The notes: a model not told the origin generated them from the letters alone. 64,000 bases of DNA from Minisyncoccota bacterium (GCA_022842645.1 JALHPE010000002.1:1322-65321), one strand, 5' to 3'. Shown: positions 1-9,058, numbered from the stretch's first letter. Program-made: numbers and translations.

Positions 1-29
1 AAAGACGGCGAAGCCTGCGAGAGTCTACC

Positions 30-1427
30 CTAACCCTCGAGGAGTTGATCGATGAGCTTTTCGGTTTCTTCGGGGCCGGAGGTGTGGTGGGTTTTGATGC
101 CAGTGGGGATGACCGCTGCGTCGTTGCCTCCCTCATAAAACGCATCGCCGACGAAGAGCATGTTGTGCGCAGGAATATCGAGATGCGCCGAGAGCCACTC
201 GACACCATACGCTTTACTGATACCTTTGCGGACGATGTCGATGGTTGTTTTGCCGGCGATCAATATTTCATAACCGGGAAGTTTTTCACGGAGCACCTCT
301 GCAAGTTTCGGGCGTTTCGTGAGATTGGGATCCCACGCACTTTTTTTCGACTGTGGGGCGCCGTCCTCGAGCGCTGCGAACGAGACTGATGTGCCGCGAT
401 CGAGAATGCGATACTGCGGTTCTTCACCGTTGAATACGTCAGTTTCTTCGACAGCTTCGGCCACAATCTTGCTAATATGTTCTCGCTCCTCAGTCTCTAA
501 GGGAAAATGGTATTCGGTGTTCCATGTGCCGTTCTTCCATATATCGCAGCGTGCACCGTTGTCAGAAAACACAGAAAGCTGTGCGGTGCGGTGCGCGGGT
601 AAGCGCTTCATGACATCCCGCTCAAGGCGGGTGAATGTGGCGCCCGACATGACCGCAACAGGCATACGTTCTGCAAGGGTAAAGAGTTTCTCGAGAATTC
701 CCTCACTTGGTGCCTGAAAGCTTTCGGCGAGCGTGTCGTCGAGGTCGAAAATGATTCCTTGTGTATTCATTTTTTCCACCCGGGCGTCCTTCAGTGTCAT
801 TGTTTCAGGCATATCAGAATTGTATCTTTTTTCGCGTCTTCGTGCGAGCCATATTTGATGTACGAGAGGGAGGACGGTGATGACAATGATGCTGATGATC
901 ACGATTTCGAGATACTTTTCCACTTCAGGTATTGCTTCACCAAGGAAGTAGCCCGCGAGTGTGAAGCCGCCACCCCAGAGCACGGCTCCCGCAACGTTGT
1001 AGAAAAGGAATGTTGAGTAGCGCATTTCGCCAACACCGGCGAGGATGGGCGCGAAGGTGCGCACAACAGGCACGAAACGTGCAAGGAGGATTGTCTTCGC
1101 GCCATGCTCGTTGAAGAAATCACGCGTGTGTTCGAGATGTTTCTTTTTGAAAAAGCGCGAATCTTCGCGGCGCCAGAGCGCCGGGCCAACCCACGAACCA
1201 AACCAGTAGCCGATTGTGTCGCCTAACGTTGCCGCAATGATAACGGTAGAGAGCAAAATCCATATATTGAGATAGCCTTGCGAAGCAAGAAGCCCTGCGG
1301 TGAAAAGAAGGGAGCCACCCGGAAGTGCGACGGCAAAAAAGAGGCCAGACTCCGCCATGATGATGGCAAAAATACCAGGGTAGCCAAAGACCTGAATGAG
1401 CTGTGTGATATCAATACCAAAAAACAT
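30..1427 (-). CDS. DedA/VTT membrane protein fused in frame to a HAD-IIB (phosphomannomutase-like) hydrolase
   Basis: N-terminal DedA motifs (AESGLFF..LPGGSLLFTAG; ARFVPVVRTFAP). C-terminal HAD motifs FDLDDTL and FVGDAFYEGGND. Internal ATG at 812 has TACAAT 6 nt upstream. Confidence 0.85.
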   Translation of the reverse strand: MFFGIDITQLIQVFGYPGIFAIIMAESGLFFAVALPGGSLLFTAGLLASQGYLNIWILLSTVIIAATLGDTIGYWFGSWVGPALWRREDSRFFKKKHLEHTRDFFNEHGAKTILLARFVPVVRTFAPILAGVGEMRYSTFLFYNVAGAVLWGGGFTLAGYFLGEAIPEVEKYLEIVIISIIVITVLPLVHQIWLARRREKRYNSDMPETMTLKDARVEKMNTQGIIFDLDDTLAESFQAPSEGILEKLFTLAERMPVAVMSGATFTRLERDVMKRLPAHRTAQLSVFSDNGARCDIWKNGTWNTEYHFPLETEEREHISKIVAEAVEETDVFNGEEPQYRILDRGTSVSFAALEDGAPQSKKSAWDPNLTKRPKLAEVLREKLPGYEILIAGKTTIDIVRKGISKAYGVEWLSAHLDIPAHNMLFVGDAFYEGGNDAAVIPTGIKTHHTSGPEETEKLIDQLLEG

Positions 1428-1538
1428 TTCTGTAGTATGACCGATTTTTGGCTTGTTTCAATGGGTTTTTAGGAGTTGACCCACTTATTTTTTTGTTATA
1501 TAAATTGGACAGGTTCAACATACAAAAGCGAGGAAGAA

Positions 1539-1901
1539 ATGCCAATTTTTCTTGTTGAGCATCTTGACGGTTGTTCGCCGCTTACTCCATGTACTTCTTG
1601 TAAGGCAAATGAATGGTTGAAGGCACATTTACCCGTCGAGAAGTATTCAGAATTTGTTGCTCTTGTTATCAAATCCAGTAATGGAAAGACGTCCGCTAAT
1701 CTTGATGCAAGGGTAAGCAGTGTTCTTGAATTGTCTGCTAGGGTATGTAATTGTCTCAAGAACAATAACATAATAACCCTCCGAGAACTCATGGATAGCA
1801 GCGAAGCTAAGCTTCTAGATACGCCGAATTTTGGTCGCAAAGGCATCGAGGAGCTTCGAGAAAAGCTTGCGAGAATCGGCCTATCTATTCCTAAGAGGTA
1901 A
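1539..1901 (+). CDS. Stand-alone RNA polymerase alpha-CTD-like protein with an N-terminal His/Cys cluster
   Basis: LELSARVCNCLKNNNI..L.EL...SEAKLLDTPNFGRKGIEEL is the alpha-CTD signature. HLDGCSPLTPCTSC at the N-terminus. GAGGA precedes ATG 1539. Confidence 0.8.
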   Translation: MPIFLVEHLDGCSPLTPCTSCKANEWLKAHLPVEKYSEFVALVIKSSNGKTSANLDARVSSVLELSARVCNCLKNNNIITLRELMDSSEAKLLDTPNFGRKGIEELREKLARIGLSIPKR

Positions 1902-1912
1902 AAGCATTTTAC

Positions 1913-1935
1913 GGACCACCCACAACGGGTGGTCC
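1913..1935. terminator. GC hairpin between convergent genes
   Basis: GGACCACCC-ACAAC-GGGTGGTCC. Confidence 0.6.
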
Positions 1936-1941
1936 TGACTT

Positions 1942-3210
1942 TTATATAAACCGATTCGGAATTGGGAACTTCTTGCAGAGTTTTTCGACTTCCTTCTTTA
2001 TTTTCACCAATTCTTTTTTATTGTCTTTGTGTTTGAGCGCATCAACCATCCACTCGGCAACTTTCGCGCATTCTTTTTCTTTGAGGCCGCGAGTGGTGAT
2101 GGCCGGCGTGCCGAAGCGTATGCCGGAGGGATCCATTGGCCCGCGAACGTCATCGGCAATTGAATTTTTATTGAGCGTGATGCCGATGAGATCGAGTGTG
2201 TGTTCGGCGTCTTTGCCGGTGATGCCGAGGGAGCCGTAGACATCAGCGAGAAGAAGGTGGTTCGACGTGCCGCCGGTGAGAAGGCGAATGCCGTGTGCTT
2301 TGAAGACTTTTTCCATCGCTTTTGCGTTTTTTAAGATTTGCTTGGCATACGTGCGGAATTTGGGAGAGAGCGCTTCGCCGAAGGCGACTGCTTTTGCGGC
2401 AACTGCGTGCATGTGCGGACCGCCCTGAAGACCGGGAAAGACGGATTTGTTGATTTTCTTTGCCAATTCTTCGCTTTCGCGCACAAGGATGAGACCGCCG
2501 CGCGGGCCACGGAGGGTCTTGTGCGTGGTGGACGTCACGATGTCGAACCCGTAGTCGAAGGGGTTTTTGATTGCTTTTCCGGCGATGAGACCTGCGATAT
2601 GTGCGGCGTCCATGACGGCTATCGCGCCCACCTCGCGTGCGATAGAAACCATGCGTTTGTAGTCGAGCTCTCGTGGGTAGGCCGAAAATCCTGCAAGCAG
2701 GATTTTCGGCTTCTCTTTGAGTGCCACCTGTCGCATCTCGTCGTAATCAATCTCGCCCGTATCCGGATTCTTCATTTTGTAGCGCACGAAGCGGAAGATT
2801 TTGGTGAGATAGGTGACAGGGTGGCCGTGCGTGAGGTGGCCGCCATGCGAGAGATCCATGCCTAAGACGGTGTCACCCGGCTCAAGAAGTGCGAAATACA
2901 TCGCGAGGTTGGCATTTGCGCCACCGAGTGTTTGTACATTGGCATATTTCGCTTTGAAGAGCTTTTTTGCACGCTCGATTGCGAGTGTTTCTACGGCATC
3001 CGTGAATTCCTGCCCGCCGTAGTAGCGTTTGCCAGGATAGCCTTCGGAATATTTGTTGGTGAGGATGGAATAATTCGCCTCGCGCACGGCGCGAGAGGCG
3101 TAGTTTTCAGAAGGAATAAGCTCAAGTCCAATCGCTTGCCGCTTTTCCTCGCCGATAAGGGCGGCGTACACTTTTTTGTCTTGTTTTTTGGTGAAAGGGT
3201 ATAAATCCAT
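1942..3210 (-). CDS. glyA: Serine hydroxymethyltransferase
   Basis: LELIPSENY, NKYSEGYPGKRYYGG, GGHLTHG, TTHKTLRGPRGG. Confidence 0.98.
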   Translation of the reverse strand: MDLYPFTKKQDKKVYAALIGEEKRQAIGLELIPSENYASRAVREANYSILTNKYSEGYPGKRYYGGQEFTDAVETLAIERAKKLFKAKYANVQTLGGANANLAMYFALLEPGDTVLGMDLSHGGHLTHGHPVTYLTKIFRFVRYKMKNPDTGEIDYDEMRQVALKEKPKILLAGFSAYPRELDYKRMVSIAREVGAIAVMDAAHIAGLIAGKAIKNPFDYGFDIVTSTTHKTLRGPRGGLILVRESEELAKKINKSVFPGLQGGPHMHAVAAKAVAFGEALSPKFRTYAKQILKNAKAMEKVFKAHGIRLLTGGTSNHLLLADVYGSLGITGKDAEHTLDLIGITLNKNSIADDVRGPMDPSGIRFGTPAITTRGLKEKECAKVAEWMVDALKHKDNKKELVKIKKEVEKLCKKFPIPNRFI

Positions 3211-3244
3211 AGGTTCTAGGTGTTAGGGAGTAGGGTCTAGGAGG
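3210..3244. repeat. Degenerate heptamer tandem repeat (TAGGnnn x5) at the glyA start
   Basis: taggttc taggtgt tagggag tagggtc taggagg. Confidence 0.7.
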
Positions 3245-3250
3245 ATAGAA

Positions 3251-3303
3251 ATATTACGGACTTCGTAAATCCGTATATTACGGATTTACGAAGTCCGTAA
3301 TAT
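3251..3303. repeat. Perfect 25-bp inverted repeat made of two REP-like hairpins (REPIN-like doublet)
   Basis: ATATTACGGACTTCGTAAATCCGTA-tat-TACGGATTTACGAAGTCCGTAATAT. Shares the GGACTTCGTAA core with the RAYT-associated REPs. Confidence 0.85.
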
Positions 3304-3332
3304 GCATTTTGCAAGATTAGGTCATATGCAGA

Positions 3333-3668
3333 TTAGCGGTTGTCGCCGGAGCTTTTGATGACACCACGTGCTTGGCGATCTTGTATTTTTTGCACGTTAG
3401 CACGAGCTGCTTCGGAAAAAGGAAGATCCAGTAGGCGGGAAAGCTGCGAGAGATACCACAATACATCCCCGATCTCATTTTTGAGGGAATCACGGTATTC
3501 ATCAGTGAGTTTCCCATCGTTGTTACGAATTAGTTTCTTTATTTTTTCTGCAATTTCGCCACTTTCTCCTGCGATTCCGAGGGCGACGTACATCAATTTA
3601 TGCTCTTCTTGTTTGCCGTCGAATGTGGCAGTAGTGGTTGCAATTTTTTGATACTCATCAAAATCCAT
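3333..3668 (-). CDS. MazG-like nucleotide pyrophosphohydrolase
   Basis: LGIAGESGEIAEKIKK..EIGDVLWYL..GSGDNR-type C-terminus. Confidence 0.9.
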   Translation of the reverse strand: MDFDEYQKIATTTATFDGKQEEHKLMYVALGIAGESGEIAEKIKKLIRNNDGKLTDEYRDSLKNEIGDVLWYLSQLSRLLDLPFSEAARANVQKIQDRQARGVIKSSGDNR

Positions 3669-4360
3669 TACTGAATCGTAGCACCCAAAACCTCATGCAC
3701 AATTCTTGACACCTCCTCGTGAATGTCTTCGGGCGTGCGTAGTGACCCTGCTGGAGCGCACTCGACCACGCGCCAGCCTTTTTCCTCGGCGAGGCGGAGG
3801 TACGCATTACGGGTGCGGTCTTGGTGTGCCATGTTGCGCTCTGCTTGGTCGCGCTTTTCGCCGCCCGTGTATTCGCGCGCATCTTTTTTAGAAACGAGAT
3901 CTGCGGAGACGTCGGTGGGGACGGAGAGGTACATTACGAGATCGGGGCGTGGGAGGCGCAAATCGCCGTATTCGAGGTTTTCGATAAATTCCACCAAGGC
4001 GCCCTGTTCATCTTTCGGGAGTTTCGCGCTTTGGTGGGCGAGGTTCGAGGAAGTGTAGCGGTCGCAGATGACGACCGCGCCTTTTGCGAGGGCTTCAACA
4101 ATCGCGTCGCGCGCTCCTGCGCGATCCATCGCATAGGGGAGTGCAGAAACATACGGCGGGACGCTCATGAAATCGCCGTGTTTGCCGGCAAGCAGCTCGC
4201 CGATGAGTTTCCCTGAGGTGGATTCGTAATAGCGGGGGAATGAGAAAACGATGACCTCATGTCCTTCGGCTTTGAGGCGCTCCGCAAGCATTTTAGTCTG
4301 CGTCGCTTTCCCCGCGCCATCGCCGCCTTCGATATCGATTAAAATCCCTAGTTTGTCCAT
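3668..4360 (-). CDS. tmk: Thymidylate kinase
   Basis: IEGGDGAGKATQ P-loop, SFPRY, ICDRY. Start reassigned to ATG 4360. Confidence 0.93.
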   Translation of the reverse strand: MDKLGILIDIEGGDGAGKATQTKMLAERLKAEGHEVIVFSFPRYYESTSGKLIGELLAGKHGDFMSVPPYVSALPYAMDRAGARDAIVEALAKGAVVICDRYTSSNLAHQSAKLPKDEQGALVEFIENLEYGDLRLPRPDLVMYLSVPTDVSADLVSKKDAREYTGGEKRDQAERNMAHQDRTRNAYLRLAEEKGWRVVECAPAGSLRTPEDIHEEVSRIVHEVLGATIQ

Positions 4361-4402
4361 AGTCTCTGTCGCACTAGTATATGGTATATTTTTCGGACGC
4401 CT

Positions 4403-5122
4403 ATGGCCCTTTCGGATACCAAAATACTTGCAGCCATGAAGGAAGGGTCTGTGATTATTGAGCCGTTTGTGCGGCAGAATCTGGCCACTTCGAGCTACGA
4501 CGTGACGCTTGGCGAGTATTTCTTCACCGAGGAGAATCCGGGGCATTTTGAAAACATTTTCAACATTTACGACAAAAATCATATTGATAGGGTGTGGGGC
4601 ACAGAGCCGCGGCGTGCGAGAAAAGCAAAAGACGTATTTGAAAAATATAATTTCGACTGGAAAGGAATTCATCCCGAGGAGCAGGTAATTCTCATGGCAC
4701 CGGGAGAGACGATTCTTGGACACACCAACGAATTTATCGGCGGGCGCGAACACGTGACAACGATGATGAAGGCGCGCTCATCGCTCGGCCGCTCGTTTAT
4801 TTCAGTGTGTAAATGCGCTGGCTGGGGCGATGTCGGCTACACGAATCGTTGGACCATGGAAATTCAGAATACCTCCACACGCTACTACATTCCACTCGTT
4901 GTTGGCCGCCGCATCGCGCAGATCGTGTTTTTTGAGACGGGGCCGATCCAGGAAAAGAGTTATTTCGTGGAAGGGAAATACCAATCGGGCAAAACCCTGG
5001 CAGAACTAAAGAAAAACTGGAAGCCACATATGATGCTGCCGCGCTTGGATACTGATCGCGACATTAAACTGGGCGCCGAGAGAGCGAAGGCTTCGATGAG
5101 AAAGAAAAAGAAAAAATCATGA
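4403..5122 (+). CDS. dcd: dCTP deaminase
   Basis: LSD..I, SYDVTLG, ARSSLGR, GDVGY, RIAQIVF. Confidence 0.9.
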   Translation: MALSDTKILAAMKEGSVIIEPFVRQNLATSSYDVTLGEYFFTEENPGHFENIFNIYDKNHIDRVWGTEPRRARKAKDVFEKYNFDWKGIHPEEQVILMAPGETILGHTNEFIGGREHVTTMMKARSSLGRSFISVCKCAGWGDVGYTNRWTMEIQNTSTRYYIPLVVGRRIAQIVFFETGPIQEKSYFVEGKYQSGKTLAELKKNWKPHMMLPRLDTDRDIKLGAERAKASMRKKKKKS

Positions 5123-5958
5123 AAATCTATCACGACGTCTTGAGACGCATCATGGACGAGGGGGTGGATCGTGAGGGGCGCAATGGTGCGACGCGTGCGC
5201 TGTTTGCCATTCAGATGCGATTCAGCATGGCGGATGGTTTTCCGGCTGTCACAACGAAAAAACTTGCGTTTAAAGCGGTGAAGAGTGAACTCCTCTGGTT
5301 TCTCGATATGAAAGGGAAAGAGCGCGCGAGCGACGAAGATTTGAAGCGACTGAATGAGAGCGAACGAACGATTTGGACGGACAACGCCGAATCCGATTAT
5401 TGGAAGCCAAAAGTTCAGTTTCCGGGGGATTTGGGGCGTGTCTATGGCATTCAGTGGCGCAACTGGAAGAAGCCTGACGGCACGACGGTGGATCAGATCG
5501 CAGAGCTCGTAAAGAAGTTGAAAGAAAACCCAACTGATCGCCGATTGATTGTCTCTGCGTGGAATCCGGGGGAGCTCGACATGATGGCGCTGCCACCGTG
5601 CCACATGCTCTTTCAGTGTTTTGTGGCAGATGGAAAACTCTCGCTTCACATGACGCAGCGTTCGTGCGACATGTTCTTGGGCGTGCCGTTTAACATTGCA
5701 TCATATTCGCTTCTCCTCCACATGCTCGCGCAGGTGACGGGGCTCATAGCACATGAGTGTATTTTGACTCTGCAGGATGCGCACATCTATCACGATCATT
5801 TTGATGCGGTGAAAGAGCAACTTGCGCGTGAGCCGTATCCGCTTCCGACATTGAAGCTCAATTCCGAAGTGAAAGATATTGATGGTTTCAAAATGACAGA
5901 TATCGAATTAGAGAACTATCAACATTACCCACCAATTAAGGCGAAAATGGCGGTTTAA
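5119..5958 (+). CDS. thyA: Thymidylate synthase
   Basis: SAWNP, MALPPCH, QRSCDMFLGVPFNIASY, DAHIY. Confidence 0.98.
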   Translation: MKIYHDVLRRIMDEGVDREGRNGATRALFAIQMRFSMADGFPAVTTKKLAFKAVKSELLWFLDMKGKERASDEDLKRLNESERTIWTDNAESDYWKPKVQFPGDLGRVYGIQWRNWKKPDGTTVDQIAELVKKLKENPTDRRLIVSAWNPGELDMMALPPCHMLFQCFVADGKLSLHMTQRSCDMFLGVPFNIASYSLLLHMLAQVTGLIAHECILTLQDAHIYHDHFDAVKEQLAREPYPLPTLKLNSEVKDIDGFKMTDIELENYQHYPPIKAKMAV

Positions 5959-5959
5959 T

Positions 5960-6490
5960 ATGGCGCGCGTCTCGGCCATCGCGGCGATTGGGAAGGGGCG
6001 TGTGTTGGGGAAAGATAATCAGCTCCTCTGGCACATTCCGGATGATTTAAAGCGGTTTAAAGCGCTCACGCTCGGACATCCGATTATCATGGGGCGGAAG
6101 ACGTTTGAATCTATTCTTGCAGTTTTAGGAAAGCCGCTGCCGGGGCGGACAAATGTTGTAGTGACACGCCATCCTGAGAATATGAAGGGTTTCGGAAATA
6201 CGTCATATGACGGATTTCCGAAACCCTTCATTTGGGCGGGTTCGGTGGAAGACGCGATTGAGAAGGCGAAAGACGCGCCCGGGGGCGATGAGATTTTTAT
6301 TGGCGGCGGCGGGCAGATATATGCGGAAGCACTACCTTTTACCGATAAGTTGTATTTGACGCTGATTGATGATGAGAAGGAGGGCGATTCTTTTTTTCCG
6401 GCGTATGAAGATGTGTTCACCGAGGTGGTTTTTGAAGAAGAGCGGGAACACGAGGGACTCAGATACACTTGGGTGGATATTGAGCGGTAA
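5960..6490 (+). CDS. folA: Dihydrofolate reductase with a palindrome-encoded loop
   Basis: LLWHIPDDLKRFK, IMGRKTFES, LPGRTN, IGGGGQIY. Confidence 0.97.
   Translation: MARVSAIAAIGKGRVLGKDNQLLWHIPDDLKRFKALTLGHPIIMGRKTFESILAVLGKPLPGRTNVVVTRHPENMKGFGNTSYDGFPKPFIWAGSVEDAIEKAKDAPGGDEIFIGGGGQIYAEALPFTDKLYLTLIDDEKEGDSFFPAYEDVFTEVVFEEEREHEGLRYTWVDIER
6182..6231. repeat. 50-bp near-perfect palindrome inside folA
   Basis: ATGAAGGGTTTCGGAAAT-a-CGTCATATGACG-g-ATTTCCGAAACCCTTCAT, one mismatched pair. Confidence 0.9.
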
Positions 6491-6531
6491 AAAAGTTAAG
6501 GACTGGGTGCGCACGCACCCAGTCCTTTAGT

Positions 6532-7284
6532 TCATCCTCTAGCATAGTCCGCAATCGCCTGCGCTTTCGCGAGACAAAGCTCTTCATACTGACTCGGCAT
6601 GATGAATTGCTCAAAACGCCGCGTGGTTAAAATTTTTTCTTCGCGCGCGATGTCGGCGAGTGCCGCTATTTGTACACGATGTTCAATTGGGAGCAATCGA
6701 CTCTGGATTGAATCGACCGTATCTGTCTCGAAGATCGGCACCTGTTCGTATCGCACGAGCTTCCCGGTATCCAGTTCGTTCTCGACGAGGTGTGTTGTTG
6801 CTTCGATCCACCAATTCGTCCCCGTACGTTTCGCAAAGTGTAGTGCTGCGGCTATAACGCGACGACCATACATTCCCTTGCCGCCGAAGTCGGGGTTCGG
6901 GCGCTCCTTCGTCGCGTGATCTGGATCGAGCGCCCCTGGATGTTGGTTGACGATCTGTGGGAACGCTTCGATGACGTTTGTTGGCGTTTTCGGCAACCAT
7001 CCGTACTGCCCGATGACTTCTACGTCACGCATTGTGCATGCACGAATGATTGCGTCGCCGAGGTGTTCGGGTGTTTGAAAGTCGCGCGGGCGTATGATCT
7101 CGATCTGATTTTCATCGAAGCCGCGCTCGCGCGCCTTTTCGATGACACCGGCATCGTTTCTACTAACAATAAGTACGACGGGGTCTACTGAGAGTCTTTT
7201 TGCACGGACGGCATCAAGAATTGCAGCGACTGTCGAACCGCCTCCTGAGGCAAAGAGCGCAACTTTTATCATCTTTGGCATCAT
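6532..7284 (-). CDS. purN: PurN-like formyltransferase
   Basis: FASGGGS, NQHPG (NIHP-like), GGKGMYG, THLV...LDTG, EH motif. AAAGGAG upstream of ATG 7284. Confidence 0.75.
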   Translation of the reverse strand: MMPKMIKVALFASGGGSTVAAILDAVRAKRLSVDPVVLIVSRNDAGVIEKARERGFDENQIEIIRPRDFQTPEHLGDAIIRACTMRDVEVIGQYGWLPKTPTNVIEAFPQIVNQHPGALDPDHATKERPNPDFGGKGMYGRRVIAAALHFAKRTGTNWWIEATTHLVENELDTGKLVRYEQVPIFETDTVDSIQSRLLPIEHRVQIAALADIAREEKILTTRRFEQFIMPSQYEELCLAKAQAIADYARG

Positions 7285-7444
7285 CTTTCTCCTTTGAGCT
7301 AGCCAAAAACTCCTTGAGGAATGTAGCAGGAAATCATACGGTCGCAAAGTCGCCCGAGGCGATTTTGCGACCCGAGTTTTTTTGGGAAGCATACCTCTCT
7401 CAAGAGGGTTGCACAAAAGCCACTCATACAATGGGCGGCTTCTT

Positions 7445-8227
7445 CTACTGTTTCAATCCCAGTCCCGTGCGGATGAGGTACCAATTGATGGCGATGAGGG
7501 CGGCGACCATTGCCATGAGAATGGTGAGCGCGAGTGAAAGCGAGACATCGGAGAAGCCTAAGAAGCCGTAGCGGAATCCGTTGATGAGATAGAAGAGCGG
7601 GTTTGAGAAGGTAATTGCTTGCCACCACGAAGGGAGGGATTCAACTGAATAAAAGATGCCGCCGAGGTAGACGAGTGGTGTGAGGACGAAGGTGGGCACG
7701 ATGTTGATGCCGTCGATTGTTTTTGCGTAGATGCCGTTGACGAGGCCTGCGAGCGCAAAGACGAGACAGGTGAGGATCGCGAATCCGAGAATGATAAAGA
7801 GGCTGTGGATGGAGAGTGAAAGACCTGTGAAGAAAAGGGAGACGAGAAGCACGAGGGCGCCCGTGATGACACCGCGCACGACACCGCCCGCGACAAAGCC
7901 CGCGATCATGAGCCATGGCGGAGTCGGAGAGACAAGAATTTCTTCGATATTGCGCGCGAAGAATTTCGATGAAAAGAAGGTGAATGATGTGTTGGCGTAC
8001 GAGGTGGTGACGATCGCGAGCATCACAAGGCCGGGGACGACGAAGGTCATGTAATCCACGCCTTGCATCTCTCCAATGCGTGAGCCGAGCACGGTACCGA
8101 AGACGAGAAAGTAGAGCGATGAGGTGATGACGCTCGGGAGAAACGTCTGCACCCAAATGCGGAACATGCGCACGACGTCCTTGCGCAACATCGTATAAAA
8201 AGAAATCCAAAGGCGATGGGTATTCAT
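7445..8227 (-). CDS. ABC-2 transporter permease (YadH-like)
   Basis: RIWVQTFLPSVIT..LYF, YMTFVVPGLVM, NPLFYLINGFRYG. Confidence 0.9.
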   Translation of the reverse strand: MNTHRLWISFYTMLRKDVVRMFRIWVQTFLPSVITSSLYFLVFGTVLGSRIGEMQGVDYMTFVVPGLVMLAIVTTSYANTSFTFFSSKFFARNIEEILVSPTPPWLMIAGFVAGGVVRGVITGALVLLVSLFFTGLSLSIHSLFIILGFAILTCLVFALAGLVNGIYAKTIDGINIVPTFVLTPLVYLGGIFYSVESLPSWWQAITFSNPLFYLINGFRYGFLGFSDVSLSLALTILMAMVAALIAINWYLIRTGLGLKQ

Positions 8228-8228
8228 A

Positions 8229-8990
8229 TTAATTTTCAGATGTGAGTTGGATGAATACCTCTTCCAACTTGCCGCCGCGGAAGCCGTTGTTTTCGTTTGA
8301 ATCTTTGTGGAGCGCGAGGATTTCGTTCATCGTGCCGTTGGCGACGATCTGTCCTTTGTTGATGATGGCGACGTGCTTCGCCAGCTGCTCGGCCTCTTCA
8401 AGATAGTGGGTGGTGAGGAGAATGGTGAGTCCTTCGCTTGTGAGTTTTTTGAGATACTCCCACATGCCGCGGCGAAGCTCCACATCCACACCCGCGGTTG
8501 GCTCGTCGAGGACGAGAAAGCGTGGCTTATGAATGAGTGCGCGCGCGATCATGAGGCGACGCTTCATGCCCCCCGAGAGTTCCATCCCGCGAACGTTCAT
8601 TTTCTCGCCGAGACCCAAGTCTTTAAGGAGTTGTTCTGCACGCGGAATTGCTTCCTCGCGTGGAATACCATAGTAGCCGCCTTGGTTTATGACGATATCG
8701 ATCGGTTTTTCAAATGGATTGAAATTGATTTCCTGCCCGACGAGTCCAATCTGCGCTTTTGCGAGCTCGGGCTCTTTGTCGATGTCGTGGCCAAACACTT
8801 CCACTGAACCCTCTGTTTTATTCACGAGCCCGGTCGAGATGCCGATGATGGTCGTTTTCCCCGCGCCGTTCGGGCCGAGGAGTGCAAAGAAATCGCCTGC
8901 GGGGACAGTGAGCGAGACACCCTTGAGAGCTTCTGTGCCGTTGTTATATCTCTTTTTGAGGTCTGTGATTTTGAGGGCGGGGGAGGACAT
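8229..8990 (-). CDS. ABC transporter ATPase (YadG-like)
   Basis: GPNGAGKTT, LSGGMKRR, LDEPTAGVD. Confidence 0.95.
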   Translation of the reverse strand: MSSPALKITDLKKRYNNGTEALKGVSLTVPAGDFFALLGPNGAGKTTIIGISTGLVNKTEGSVEVFGHDIDKEPELAKAQIGLVGQEINFNPFEKPIDIVINQGGYYGIPREEAIPRAEQLLKDLGLGEKMNVRGMELSGGMKRRLMIARALIHKPRFLVLDEPTAGVDVELRRGMWEYLKKLTSEGLTILLTTHYLEEAEQLAKHVAIINKGQIVANGTMNEILALHKDSNENNGFRGGKLEEVFIQLTSEN

Positions 8991-9058
8991 GGAAACGGAT
9001 TATATCAAACTCTGGTTATAAAAAGAAAACCCCACCATCTCTGGTGGGGCAGATCGAC

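Noticed and set aside
4361-4753. N-terminal extension of the 361-aa tmk ORF (likewise the extensions at 7431, 12079, 30434, 49128, 51798, 62198)
   Set aside because: These overlap opposite-strand genes, tRNAs or promoters. Family motifs or promoter/SD signals point to the downstream ATGs.
7290-7440. Possible ZTP or purine riboswitch upstream of purN
   Set aside because: A hairpin is present (GGTCGCAAA...TTTGCGACC), but I could not find the consensus motifs of either riboswitch.
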